The notes: a model not told the origin generated them from the letters alone. A DNA stretch of 64,000 nt from an uncultured archaeon (GCA_964632315.1 CAZWEM010000009.1:32001-96000); one strand, 5' to 3'; positions 40,896 to 51,710 are shown, numbered from the stretch's first letter. Program-made: numbers and translations.

Positions 40896-43800
40896 TTAAT
40901 TCAAATAGAGTGAATATTTCTGACTTTGAGGAATAATTAATTCATGTGCGATAAGGGATTCTATCGCAATGATCAAACTGTCTTGATCTACATTTTGCAA
41001 AAGAGAAGTGAACAAAACGTTTAATAAGAATTGCTTATTGTATTTTGATTGTGATTCAAGCACATTTAAGACCCGTAATTCCAGATTCGATAAATCTCCC
41101 GAGAGTTTTAATAATTGATATTTTTCATTTTTATTGAGAGTAAACGGACCTTTATAATAAAATGCGAGGTGTCTATCAATTACTTCTTCGAATGGTGCTC
41201 TCACAGCTTTTAAATTCCCCAGAAATCCTACGATGAGATCTTCACATTCTTTATACAGATCCCTTGCGAGGTGTTCAATTTCTTGTCTTAGTTGTTCAGA
41301 ACTTTTTTCTCTGAGGAGTAGAATTAATCGAATTTGCTCATGATCGCATATTAAGGAATGGAAAAAATTGAAATCCAATTCTTTAATTTCATTCGTAGTT
41401 TTCATCAATTCATCCTCGGATTCTACTTTTTCACCTGCTTTAGTGTATTGCTTTCCTAGAATGGTGATTGCTTGAATAAATCCCGAGAATCCGGTAATAT
41501 AATCCTCGTCTAAAATTGAAAAGGTCTTGTTATAGAGGGTCATGCCACTCTGTTTACTACTAATGATAATTGCTTCAATATTTCTTATATCCTTATATCC
41601 TTGAGTTTTTTCTGCGATTAATTGTTGCTTCCTCCTTTTTCTTGGAAGAATAACATAAGATCTCAGACTCAAAACTCCTAGAATCCCAACCACGGCGATA
41701 AGACTTATAATGATGATTAAGAATAAATAGTTAGGGACTGGTTTCTCAGAAATGATTATATCGAATGAAAATTGAGAAACTTTATATTCATTTTCTTTTG
41801 GGGTAATGATTATATTGAATGGATAGGTTCCTATAGCTGTAAATGGACCAAGTGTTAAATTGTAAATTCCGTTCCCTGTATACTCAAAACTATATTGACC
41901 AAATCTCCAATTACAAGTTACTGTGGCATTCTCTATAGGTTTATTTGAGTTTAATTCAGTTAAGTTAATTGAAATTAATTTTTTATCTCCTGAATACATA
42001 TCTAAAGAATTTGTGAAACCGATTTGTCTGATATTTATACTTATTTGATTAACTTGCAATTGAATGGAAAAAATTGTGGTTGTATAGTTTTCATGCTCGA
42101 ATCTCAGATAAATATTATTAAATCCAAGGGAAAAAAGATCCGTAGAAATGATAAATGATCCATTATACCAGTAATTAGCATTTTCTGATAAAGATATTTC
42201 AGTCGTATCAATAAAGAGGGTTATAGTTCCCCCCGTTAAGTAAATTTTCTCGACATCAGCAAAAGCTCTACACGATATAGAAACATTTTGATTAAAATCT
42301 CTTGTTAATAAATGATTTTCTGTAAAATTTTGATGATCAATCCTTACATCTAAACTAATAGGCTGTGCTCTAAGATAAATTTGAAATGAGAAAGTTGTAG
42401 TCGTGTAATTTGAAAGATCAAATTTTAAATAAACATAATTTATTCCTTGTGATAAGAGGTCAGAAGAGATGGTAAATGTCTTATTATACCAAAAATCAAG
42501 ATCTTCTGATAAGCTAATTTCATTTAATTCAGTAATGAGCACTACAGATCCCCCCGATAAATAAATCGCTTCGATTTCAGCAAACGCTCTACAAGAAACC
42601 GTAATGTTTTGATGATTAAATTTTTCGATTAGATGATTTTCTGGAATTAATTCATTATCAATCCTTACTGTTAAATTGACATTCTGTGCTCGAATGAAAA
42701 ATTGAAAGGAAAATACTGTTGTTGTATAATTGTTTTTTTCAAATCGTAGATAAATCGTACTTAAACCGGTATCAAAGTATTCTCCATCTATAACTTCTAC
42801 CAAATTGTAATAGGTGGATTGAGGTTCAGTAAGATTCGCCTCATAATGATCACTCATCATTGTAAGAACCCCTCCTGTCAAGAAGGCATGTTCTCGATCA
42901 GCGTATACTCGAGCAGTGACATTGATAGTCTCTTCAAAAGATAGCTCAATCGGTTCATTTTGAGTTACATTATCTCCATTAATGGATAGATATATGCTGA
43001 CATCTTGTTCATTAACTATAACCACAATATTTACCAACGCATCTTCATATCCTGGCTTGGATAACGTTATCAAGCTATTGTAAGCATCGATATTGAGATT
43101 TGTTGTATAATATTTAATCACGAATCCGTCGGTAACGTTATCTATTTCATAATCACTATCCCACTGGACAGTACATTCCGCTCCACTTATTAGTGCATTA
43201 TTACTTGCAATCGTATAATTTACTTTTATATCAAAGTTCTCATTTATATAACTTACAATATTCGTACGATTTGCCTCTGCTGATGTAGCAATTGGATGGA
43301 CAATTAGTGTAATAGAATCAGAAATGCTTTCATAATTTATCTTATTAACAAATATTCCAATTTCATATGTCTCAATAACACCTTCAAGAGGTAGTCCATT
43401 AGTAGAAAAGTTGAGATCATATGTCCCATTTCCATAATCCATATAAGAATATCCATTATCCCAATCCGTACTGAAATTTGCTGGAGATAAAGGTGCTCCT
43501 GAAATTTCCCCCTCTAGATCAACTCTACACATTGCATAACTGTTTCCAGTAGAATTTATCACTCTTGAAGTAAAAACTAATTTGATTGGTTCAGAATTTA
43601 ACTTTAAATGAATTAGATCCGTAGTAGTTTGATTTTTATAAAATGATTTCGAAGCATTAATTGAAAAATAATAATCTCCGTTAGGTGAACCACTTGTATC
43701 GATTTCAGAAAAATATACTCCTGATCCAATATAAGACATTACTCCAGAACCAAAATATGATTGATAAATGACCTCTCCAAACTCAATCGGAACATTTAGG

Positions 43801-45620
43801 TCAATATCAGTAAAGTTAACTTTGATTAGAAGTGGTTCTCCAGCAATTTGCTCAAAATAGGAATCTACTGCGAATAAACTAGTATGGTGGAGTACTTTAA
43901 ATTCTAATTCATAATATCCAACCTGCGAAATGTTAGTATCGTAATCATTCCATCTTATAGAAGCAAAATATCTTCCAACACTCGTATTCTGTGCTCCAAG
44001 GGTAATCTCTGAAAACTCTAAATCCCCAGTACTACTAACAGAAGAGATCTCTTCATAATAGAGAGTTCCATTAGGATAAAAGATTTGCAAGCTTCCATTT
44101 GTTAATTCTGGGCTTGATATTAGAGTGTTATCTATTGATGCATTGATTTTGAATTTGTTTGAAGGATAAAAAGTCGAATTTAGAGTCCAATCTTGTTCAT
44201 TTTTTTTATAGATTTTCGCATCTTGTACATAATTTGGAGCTTCTGCCACGAATTTCCATATCCCATTAGTTATGATCGAATTAGGGATCGAGAAAGTGGT
44301 ATTCCCGTATCCAGTTCCTAACACCTGAGCTACTTTATTGTCTAAATATGGATCGATTACCTCAGTTATGACCCAATTTAGGGGCTTAGATACATTGAAA
44401 TAATAACCTGAAGAATATGATCCTGGTTGATTAACCGTAAAATAGGTAGACCATTGTGTTAAGGAATTGTTTTCAACTTTGAATATACTTCCTTCTACTC
44501 CTAATTGGGTGGTTGTTTTTTTAGAAGAACTCGCTTGTACATTTAGGTTTGAAGAGATTATGACATTTCCCGAAGAATTATGAGAAAAAGAGAAATAGTG
44601 AGACATATTTCCTTCCCAAGTGTTCTGTGAATTTAATGATCCTTGACCATAATCAACTCCATCCGAAATAGGTACTGTATTGTTATGTGTTTCATCTATC
44701 ATGGTAAGATTTATTTGATGTGGTCTTGGTATGGTTGACAAAGTTAATGTAATATTATCATAATACAATTCCAAATATCCTGTTGGACTTATTGGTTGAG
44801 CACCGATAGCTCTTTCAAAGATTAATGAAAGAGTTCCTGGAAGTTCAAAACTATAAATTTCTGGTTGAAATACAAAACTTTCAGTGTACCAAACATTCTT
44901 ATCTAAAGTATCAAGCTTAGGGAGAGAAAATTCTTGGGAATTCCCATTCACATCGATAAATACTGAATGGTAGGCTCCTCCAGTACTCTTTGTCCAACTG
45001 TAATCATCGTACAGCATTCGATATCTGAAACTAATTTCCCAATATGCAAAAGGTATTTGATCCCTTAGAATAGCAAGACTGTAATCCCAATCATAATATG
45101 TATTCATTATTGATGATCCATCTCCATCAAATCTCATGTATATGGAATCATTTGTTCCACTCGAGGCATTATACCAATCGAAAGTCACATGACTTGGATC
45201 ATTTGTATCGCTTGTCCAATGGTTTGAATCATATCCTGAATCAAAAGTATCATTTAAAAAATTACCATCATAATCAAGTATATTAAAAATGTTGCCACTA
45301 ATCTCATCAGCATTCCAGCTATTTGGTAATACAATTGAAGCCTTATCATTATTAGTTAAATTTAAATTGTTACTTTGAAAATTCCCAGTTCCAAATTCAG
45401 ATGCATTAAGGGCTTTCCCCAATCCTGAATATTCAGAAGCAGCGGAGTTTAATCCACTTTCGATTTCAGGTTTATTAGAATCAATAAATTTTAAATTATC
45501 TGAGTTTTGAGTATCCACAAAAAGTAAATTCACACTCATATTTCCTAAACAAAATATGATAAGTATCAAAAACAACCAGAAACCATTTCTTTTGTTGTGG
45601 TTTTGATACTTAAAACTCAA
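40896..45620 (-). CDS. Giant single-pass surface glycoprotein (1574 aa), tandem paralog of 35401..40713
   Basis: Same architecture with three repeats; nearly identical cytoplasmic tail; divergent N-terminal ectodomain. Confidence 0.85.
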   Translation of the reverse strand: MSFKYQNHNKRNGFWLFLILIIFCLGNMSVNLLFVDTQNSDNLKFIDSNKPEIESGLNSAASEYSGLGKALNASEFGTGNFQSNNLNLTNNDKASIVLPNSWNADEISGNIFNILDYDGNFLNDTFDSGYDSNHWTSDTNDPSHVTFDWYNASSGTNDSIYMRFDGDGSSIMNTYYDWDYSLAILRDQIPFAYWEISFRYRMLYDDYSWTKSTGGAYHSVFIDVNGNSQEFSLPKLDTLDKNVWYTESFVFQPEIYSFELPGTLSLIFERAIGAQPISPTGYLELYYDNITLTLSTIPRPHQINLTMIDETHNNTVPISDGVDYGQGSLNSQNTWEGNMSHYFSFSHNSSGNVIISSNLNVQASSSKKTTTQLGVEGSIFKVENNSLTQWSTYFTVNQPGSYSSGYYFNVSKPLNWVITEVIDPYLDNKVAQVLGTGYGNTTFSIPNSIITNGIWKFVAEAPNYVQDAKIYKKNEQDWTLNSTFYPSNKFKINASIDNTLISSPELTNGSLQIFYPNGTLYYEEISSVSSTGDLEFSEITLGAQNTSVGRYFASIRWNDYDTNISQVGYYELEFKVLHHTSLFAVDSYFEQIAGEPLLIKVNFTDIDLNVPIEFGEVIYQSYFGSGVMSYIGSGVYFSEIDTSGSPNGDYYFSINASKSFYKNQTTTDLIHLKLNSEPIKLVFTSRVINSTGNSYAMCRVDLEGEISGAPLSPANFSTDWDNGYSYMDYGNGTYDLNFSTNGLPLEGVIETYEIGIFVNKINYESISDSITLIVHPIATSAEANRTNIVSYINENFDIKVNYTIASNNALISGAECTVQWDSDYEIDNVTDGFVIKYYTTNLNIDAYNSLITLSKPGYEDALVNIVVIVNEQDVSIYLSINGDNVTQNEPIELSFEETINVTARVYADREHAFLTGGVLTMMSDHYEANLTEPQSTYYNLVEVIDGEYFDTGLSTIYLRFEKNNYTTTVFSFQFFIRAQNVNLTVRIDNELIPENHLIEKFNHQNITVSCRAFAEIEAIYLSGGSVVLITELNEISLSEDLDFWYNKTFTISSDLLSQGINYVYLKFDLSNYTTTTFSFQIYLRAQPISLDVRIDHQNFTENHLLTRDFNQNVSISCRAFADVEKIYLTGGTITLFIDTTEISLSENANYWYNGSFIISTDLFSLGFNNIYLRFEHENYTTTIFSIQLQVNQISINIRQIGFTNSLDMYSGDKKLISINLTELNSNKPIENATVTCNWRFGQYSFEYTGNGIYNLTLGPFTAIGTYPFNIIITPKENEYKVSQFSFDIIISEKPVPNYLFLIIIISLIAVVGILGVLSLRSYVILPRKRRKQQLIAEKTQGYKDIRNIEAIIISSKQSGMTLYNKTFSILDEDYITGFSGFIQAITILGKQYTKAGEKVESEDELMKTTNEIKELDFNFFHSLICDHEQIRLILLLREKSSEQLRQEIEHLARDLYKECEDLIVGFLGNLKAVRAPFEEVIDRHLAFYYKGPFTLNKNEKYQLLKLSGDLSNLELRVLNVLESQSKYNKQFLLNVLFTSLLQNVDQDSLIIAIESLIAHELIIPQSQKYSLYLN

Positions 45621-45826
45621 GAGAATAAACCTGTTGATATACTAATTTTATGAATAAAGAATGAAATTACAATTTAATAAATATTACTTTAATAAAACAT
45701 ACGATTGATTTTGTCTAACTTGTCATCTGAATAAGTGGAATTTTTTCAATTTATTTTGAATAATGATTCTTTTAAAACTTTTATTAATAAATTATTATAA
45801 AAGAAATCTATAAATCACCTTATACT

Positions 45827-46222
45827 CTAATCAAATAGAGTTAGAAGGTCTTCTTTAGAAAGATCTTGTCTAAGTTTTTGATCCTCCCAGAGTTTGCGAA
45901 AGAAATAAAAATATTCATATAAATCATACTTATTAGGTGAGTAGATTAATTTTCCATCCTCTATTACTTGGATTTTTATAAAGAGGGGTAATTCTGTAAA
46001 AAGTCGGATATCATATTTTTCTAAATCCTTCTGTGTCCATATAAAGGAAAGAAGATTACCCGCTTCTTCATCTGGAGCTACGATGCATATATCAATATCA
46101 CTTCTATTAGTTTCTGAATCGTTTAGATGTGATCCATAAAGAATAATACCCACTATTTTTTTTTCTTGAAAAATGGTAGCAAAATCCTTTTTTATTTTAT
46201 CTACTATTTGTTTTTTAACCAT
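45827..46222 (-). CDS. Minimal nucleotidyltransferase (MNT/MntA-like antitoxin)
   Basis: 'ILYGSH...RSDIDICIV' (GS-x10-DxD); overlaps the HEPN gene. Confidence 0.88.
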   Translation of the reverse strand: MVKKQIVDKIKKDFATIFQEKKIVGIILYGSHLNDSETNRSDIDICIVAPDEEAGNLLSFIWTQKDLEKYDIRLFTELPLFIKIQVIEDGKLIYSPNKYDLYEYFYFFRKLWEDQKLRQDLSKEDLLTLFD

Positions 46223-46638
46223 TTTGATATCTCCTCCTTGAAGTCTTTAATGCTTATTTTAAGTTTTATTAAACTTTTATATGCTATGCTACTATCCAAT
46301 CCATTATAGTCATGTACTATCCGATTTCTTAATCCTACTGATTCTCTTAAATCCTTTGATAGGGTATGTGAAATTAAGGATTCATTTTCTAACAATTCTA
46401 TATTAGTATAATTATCCTTCGTCAAGTGCTTGCTATCCTTTACCATCATAGCGATTAGATCTAGAACTGTCTCGATTGCTAATTGAAATGCATGATAAAT
46501 GCCATACTGGTGAATTAAATTGATATTATTATTAAATTCAGCCTCGTCAATATCATTTGTCCATTTGTCAAGATTCTCAATTAGTTGGGTTAAGAATTCT
46601 ATTTTTTCATCATAACGCTTAATTCTTTTCTTTTCCAT
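46204..46638 (-). CDS. HEPN (DUF86/HepT-like) RNase toxin
   Basis: 'GLRNRIVHDY' R-x4-H motif. Confidence 0.88.
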   Translation of the reverse strand: MEKKRIKRYDEKIEFLTQLIENLDKWTNDIDEAEFNNNINLIHQYGIYHAFQLAIETVLDLIAMMVKDSKHLTKDNYTNIELLENESLISHTLSKDLRESVGLRNRIVHDYNGLDSSIAYKSLIKLKISIKDFKEEISKWLKNK

Positions 46639-46993
46639 CCCTAATAATAATATTTTTGATTAACTATTTGAACTTGTTTATTGTACTTCTAGTTTTTTAA
46701 GCTAAAAATCTTCTAATAAGTTCAAATCTAAGAATTTTCTTCATCTTTTATTCCAATGTAAATTATTATCAAACATCACCAATGGGAAATCTAATTCCCA
46801 TTAAAAATTCGGATTGCAAAGTAATTAAAAAATTAAGCGAAAAATGATTCTGGTATTACTCGGAAGATATGCACATATCATTTAGATGCATCATTAAATT
46901 CGTGAAAGTGTGGTTTCACGATCACTATCGTTAATAAAATTCAGATCAATGAAAAATCAAATCCTCTTCCTTCCAAAGAATCAATAAATAGAG

Positions 46994-47034
46994 TGTATAC
47001 AATCATAAGCCTTATAAATATGCGATTGTATACA
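46994..47034 (+). promoter_or_regulatory. Promoter/operator of the PIN-UPF0175 pair: TATA box flanked by an 11-bp perfect inverted repeat
   Basis: TGTATACAATC (46994-47004), TTATAAATA (47012-47020), GATTGTATACA (47024-47034); ATG at 47042. Confidence 0.7.
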
Positions 47035-47041
47035 TAATATA

Positions 47042-47551
47042 ATGAGATGGATTTTAGATGCTTGTACTTTAATATATTTGATTAAAGCAAAGTTATTCAA
47101 ACAATTCATTGACTTGGTGAAATACCCAGTAGTAATAGATTCAAATGTAAATCAAGAAGTTGTTATTGACGGTAAGACAAATAATTATTCTGATGCTTTT
47201 GAAGCGGAAGCTCTCTTAAATGAGTTTAGAATACCTATTGTCTCTATAGATATATCTAAGGATTTATATCGTTTTAGTGACCCTGGAGAAACAAGCTGCT
47301 TCCTTTTAGCTATTGAACAAGGAATCTGCATTACATCAGATGATAAAGCATTCCGTAAACTTTTAAATGAGAATGTGCAAGTTATAAGGCTTGATACATT
47401 CTATTATGAAAAATGTAGGCAAAATCAAATAAATAAAAAAGAATTTTTATCTATTTTAAATAAATTGGAATTAATATATGCTACAAAACCAAAATCCATA
47501 TTATTCTTTATGAATAAACTTCAAGAAAAGGAAGAGGATAAAAATGACTGA
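47042..47551 (+). CDS. PIN-domain protein (DUF3368/VapC-like)
   Basis: 'WILDACTLI', 'QEVV', 'DPGETSC', 'ITSDDK'. Confidence 0.85.
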   Translation: MRWILDACTLIYLIKAKLFKQFIDLVKYPVVIDSNVNQEVVIDGKTNNYSDAFEAEALLNEFRIPIVSIDISKDLYRFSDPGETSCFLLAIEQGICITSDDKAFRKLLNENVQVIRLDTFYYEKCRQNQINKKEFLSILNKLELIYATKPKSILFFMNKLQEKEEDKND

Positions 47552-47870
47552 TGTTGTATCAACAAGATTAGATGAGAAAGAGATAGAAGAATTGAACCAA
47601 ATAAGTGAAAAGGAGCGAATGGATCGCTCCTCTTTAATTAGGAAATTTTTATTAGCTCAGATTGAGGAATATAGGTTGAAGGAAGTTGGAGAGAATTATC
47701 GAAAGGGATTAGTAAGCTTGGCAGAAGCGGCTACTTTAGCAAAGGTCTCGATTTATAAAATGATGGATTATATCGAACGTGAAAAAATTCAAGCCCCATC
47801 TTTATCTGAGTCTGAAATGGAAGAGGATTTAAAGCGAAGTAAAAATTTATTTGAAGAAATTAAAAAATAA
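47544..47870 (+). CDS. UPF0175 family (RHH + HTH) putative antitoxin
   Basis: 'VSTRLD...DRSSLIRK' (RHH-like), 'YRKGLVSLAEAATLAKVS'; overlaps the PIN gene. Confidence 0.85.
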   Translation: MTDVVSTRLDEKEIEELNQISEKERMDRSSLIRKFLLAQIEEYRLKEVGENYRKGLVSLAEAATLAKVSIYKMMDYIEREKIQAPSLSESEMEEDLKRSKNLFEEIKK

Positions 47871-47936
47871 AATTTAGAACCGTGCGGATTAATAAGATTA
47901 ATTAAAATAAATTTCAAAACAAAATTTTTTACATGA

Positions 47937-48398
47937 TTAAAAATCTCTTAAAATATGAGTTACTTTTTCAGCTCTATATTCTGTAAAACCAATTGACTCA
48001 TAAAATAAAGATGCAGAAGGATTTTCAGTGTATAATCGCAATAAATTAAAATGTTTGGAAGCTAAAAGAATAATCTTATTCAATAATTGTGTTGCTAAAC
48101 CTTTACGACGATAACTTCGCGATATGTATAAATGCCTTATTCTTCCAATACTGGGATCATCAATGTAAGGATCAACATTCAGTCCTCCAATGCCCATGCA
48201 TGAATTTAATATAAAAATTCCGAATAAAATTTCACCACGCTTAGAAAATGTATTAATGCCACTATTCCATTCATCAATAGTTCTCTGAACAAAACCATAA
48301 CCCTCAGATTGAGCTTCAATAGCCAGAGGATTAATAAAATCTAGATTACGTTCGGTTATTTGCTTAATTTTAGATTTCATATCTTTAACAATGCACAA
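47937..48398 (-). CDS. GNAT acetyltransferase
   Basis: 'GRIRHLYISRSYRRKGLATQLL', 'FYESIGF'. Confidence 0.88.
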   Translation of the reverse strand: MCIVKDMKSKIKQITERNLDFINPLAIEAQSEGYGFVQRTIDEWNSGINTFSKRGEILFGIFILNSCMGIGGLNVDPYIDDPSIGRIRHLYISRSYRRKGLATQLLNKIILLASKHFNLLRLYTENPSASLFYESIGFTEYRAEKVTHILRDF

Positions 48399-48402
48399 GA
48401 AT

Positions 48403-49299
48403 TCAAATTAAACTTTTAAGATCTTTAATAGCTAAATCAATTCCCTTGTCAATTGAGACTGATGGTTCAAATCCTAATCTCTCAATGGCTTTTTTTGGGG
48501 ATGCATAGAAATGATTCACGTCATAATCTCTTGAGGGGTTAAACATTATTTTGCTATTACTGTTGGTCTTTTCTACAATAATCTCTGCTAGTATCTTTAG
48601 TGATACTGGTGTTCCGATTGATAAGTTAAAATCGTCAAGCGGGGACTTTGAAGTCCTTATTTCTTCAAAACAACCCCAGATGCCTTTTATTACATCAGAA
48701 ATGTAGGTGAAATCAAATCTTTCTTCACCTGACCCGTTTATATATAAATCTTCATCTTTTAAGGCTTGCAAAATGAATTTAGGAATGACTCTATCTAAAT
48801 GATCGTTAACACCCGTATAAACATTTGAGAATCTCAAAATTCGAATTTTAAGATTATAATATTTAGTATAAGTTTCACAGAGATGCTCTCCAGTGATTTT
48901 AGAAAGTCCATAAATGTTAATAGGAATTCTTGGAGATTTTTCGGTGACTGGAAAAATTTCGGGTTCGCCAAACACTTCTCTTGAAGATCCGAAGATTATC
49001 CAAGGAAGTGTGCCATTTCTTGTTCTCGCTAATTCTAATAAGTTAGATGTCCCGCCAATATTCGTGGAAATACACTCATGTGGCTGTTGCTGGGCTGTAA
49101 TGACTCTACTTACTGCTGCTAAATGGATAATCCCTTCTACATCTTTAATTAGGTTCCTAAGGTTATTAATGTTTCTTACATCATAATCTGGTGCATCCTT
49201 TATATCATAAGATACCACTTTAATATCTTTCGCTTCTAAATATTCCCTTAACGCAGAACCTATGAAACCAGCACTCCCAGTAACTAAAATTTTCGTCAT
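48403..49299 (-). CDS. NAD-dependent epimerase/dehydratase
   Basis: TGSAGFIG, HLAA, SSREVFG, YGLSK, RFSNVY. Confidence 0.9.
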   Translation of the reverse strand: MTKILVTGSAGFIGSALREYLEAKDIKVVSYDIKDAPDYDVRNINNLRNLIKDVEGIIHLAAVSRVITAQQQPHECISTNIGGTSNLLELARTRNGTLPWIIFGSSREVFGEPEIFPVTEKSPRIPINIYGLSKITGEHLCETYTKYYNLKIRILRFSNVYTGVNDHLDRVIPKFILQALKDEDLYINGSGEERFDFTYISDVIKGIWGCFEEIRTSKSPLDDFNLSIGTPVSLKILAEIIVEKTNSNSKIMFNPSRDYDVNHFYASPKKAIERLGFEPSVSIDKGIDLAIKDLKSLI

Positions 49300-49436
49300 G
49301 AGTTAAATAGTACAAAAGTATGATTAATTAATAGGTTTAAGTTTCTAATAATGACTAAATTGAATTTTTTAGTAATACTTTAGTTGTTGAATTAATTCTT
49401 ACTTCCATTACAAATTGAATTTCATCTTTTTGATTT

Positions 49437-50282
49437 ATGAAAAAAAAATGGTATAAAAGCAAGGTATTTGTGATAACAGGAGCAACTGGAGATATTGGAA
49501 GCGCTATTTGTAGAAAATTTGCCCCTCTTGGAATGAGAATGTATCTGCTAGATCTCCCGACCCTTAAAATAACACAACTAAAGGATGAATTGTTAGATAT
49601 GGGTGCAGAAATAGTACACTTCTACGAAGTGGATGTTACTAATCAAGAAATGATAAAGAATGCAATAAGTGATATAAGCCAGAAAGAACAATATATTGAT
49701 ATTCTTTTTAATAATGCAGGCATAGGTAGTAAATGCTCAATTACCAATGGTTGCTCATTTGAAGAATATCGCAAGGTAATGTCTATCAATACTGATGGCG
49801 TTTGGTTGGTTTTACAAGCAGCTTTGCCATTTATTGGCAGACCAACTCAAATAAAAGGTGAGAGAAATAAAAGGGTTGGACAATTAATTTTCACTTCAAG
49901 TGCTGCAGGGAGAACTGGTGTGCCGAATATGGCTGCTTATGCGATGAGCAAGAGTGCTATAATTGCTTTAGCCGATTCTATACGATCAGAATATAAAATG
50001 CTTGATGAAATGATTAATGTAATAACTATCATTTCAGCGCCAGCTAAAACGGGATTTTATAATACTCCCGAAACTAAAGAGTGGATCGAAAACTATGAAA
50101 AAAGAGGTCTTTTATTTAAGCTACTTGAAGCAAAGGATATTGCAAAACGTGTATTGAAGGCATCAAGAAGAAATAAAAAGGAAATCTATGTACCTAGATG
50201 GTGGAAACTACTAGACATCCTTTTTGTCATTAGTCATAACCTGATTGGTAATTTACTCATCAAAATTGAGAAGTCCAAATGA
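49437..50282 (+). CDS. Short-chain dehydrogenase/reductase
   Basis: TGATGDIG, NNAG, YAMSK. Confidence 0.9.
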   Translation: MKKKWYKSKVFVITGATGDIGSAICRKFAPLGMRMYLLDLPTLKITQLKDELLDMGAEIVHFYEVDVTNQEMIKNAISDISQKEQYIDILFNNAGIGSKCSITNGCSFEEYRKVMSINTDGVWLVLQAALPFIGRPTQIKGERNKRVGQLIFTSSAAGRTGVPNMAAYAMSKSAIIALADSIRSEYKMLDEMINVITIISAPAKTGFYNTPETKEWIENYEKRGLLFKLLEAKDIAKRVLKASRRNKKEIYVPRWWKLLDILFVISHNLIGNLLIKIEKSK

Positions 50283-50294
50283 GAATTATATCAT

Positions 50295-51710
50295 ATGAAT
50301 ACTGAATTAGTTCCTCGCGAGTTAAAGGGAAAACGACTTATTGGATATTGTATTGGAGATTTTGGAGTTTTTTTATCCAACATGTTAGAATCAGTATTTG
50401 TTTTCCAGTATTATGTTTATACTATCAATTTAAATTCTATACTTGTATCAATTGGAGTCACATCCCAACTAATAATTGGGTCCGCTCTCGCAATTATTTT
50501 TGGCGTAATTGTTGATAATAAAAAGCCAGGAAAATTGGGTAAACGACGGCCATTTTTGTTATACACATTACCTCTCTGGTTTATTACAGCAATATTATTA
50601 TGGTTTCCTCCTTGGAAATGTCCCATTGATAATTCGTTTTACATTCCAACTGCTATTTTTTTTTGGACAGTAAGCATTTTGAAATCGATTGCTCGTTCAT
50701 TATTCTATAATGTTTATTACTCCATGCTTCCAGAACAATCTCAAACATTAGAAAATCGAGAAAAAGTAGCATCTATCCGTTCAGCGTTATTGATTATTGG
50801 CTCAGTATTGTCTTTATTACTGCCCCTTATCGTACAAAGTTTGCTAGAAGATCCAGCGAACGTGAAGTGGTGGCAACCTTCTGGACAAGTAATTTTATTT
50901 TTTATTCCATTAACAGCGACTATTCTCGCAATTTTTGGATTAATATCCGTAATTTTAACATTCCTTTCTGTTGATGAAAGTTTTTATAAACTTAAGAAGA
51001 TTCAACCAGAAAAAATTAAAATTAGCGCTGCCCTTAAAAGAATGAAAATACCATTAAAACATGATAATTTTATCCTCTATTCTTTAGCATTATTCTTCAT
51101 TACAATAACGGGTAAGATCTTAGGGTTACTCGTTTTTCCTTTCCAAACTTTCTTACTTGGTTTTAGGTCTTCAGAATTTTACATCTATATTTTTATATCA
51201 ATATTTGGCAAATTTGGTTGGTATTTTATTTGGAAACAAGCAAATAAGAAAAAGAAACCAGTGGTAAAATCGCTTTATCGAGTCATCTTTATTGCGATGA
51301 TGGCTTCAATGCTTGATATAGTATTTTTAGTTCCGAACCTTCCATTTGAAATGAAAATAGTATTGTTTATCATCGTGTGGAGTACGGTATTAGGCTCATA
51401 TTATTCATATACCCTTTTCTCAATTCCATTAGGAGCTTCAATTGTTCAAGAAGCCGCAGAAGTAATGAATGGCCCGACTGGAGATTTAGATGAGAGTTTA
51501 TCGCTCATCTCAGGATCATATTACGGATTATCATATTTCGTAAGGTGGTTAGGACCCGCTTTTGCATCCATGTTTGTCGGAATATTTCTTAGCGGTCCTA
51601 ATGAAGATAATCCAGTAGTCATTGCATTTCTTTTTTTCTCAATGGCTTTCTTCTACTTAGTTAGTCTTTTATTTATAAGAAAAATTAAGATGAAACAAAA
51701 AATCACTTAA
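50295..51710 (+). CDS. MFS/GPH family (MFS_2) sugar transporter
   Basis: 'GKLGKRRPFLL', 'YYSMLPEQSQTLENR'; about 12 TMs. Confidence 0.85.
   Translation: MNTELVPRELKGKRLIGYCIGDFGVFLSNMLESVFVFQYYVYTINLNSILVSIGVTSQLIIGSALAIIFGVIVDNKKPGKLGKRRPFLLYTLPLWFITAILLWFPPWKCPIDNSFYIPTAIFFWTVSILKSIARSLFYNVYYSMLPEQSQTLENREKVASIRSALLIIGSVLSLLLPLIVQSLLEDPANVKWWQPSGQVILFFIPLTATILAIFGLISVILTFLSVDESFYKLKKIQPEKIKISAALKRMKIPLKHDNFILYSLALFFITITGKILGLLVFPFQTFLLGFRSSEFYIYIFISIFGKFGWYFIWKQANKKKKPVVKSLYRVIFIAMMASMLDIVFLVPNLPFEMKIVLFIIVWSTVLGSYYSYTLFSIPLGASIVQEAAEVMNGPTGDLDESLSLISGSYYGLSYFVRWLGPAFASMFVGIFLSGPNEDNPVVIAFLFFSMAFFYLVSLLFIRKIKMKQKIT

Noticed and set aside
36560-43010. Repeats in the giant genes as a CRISPR array or mobile element
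   Set aside because: They are in-frame ~321-bp protein-domain repeats with no spacer structure, cas genes or transposase.
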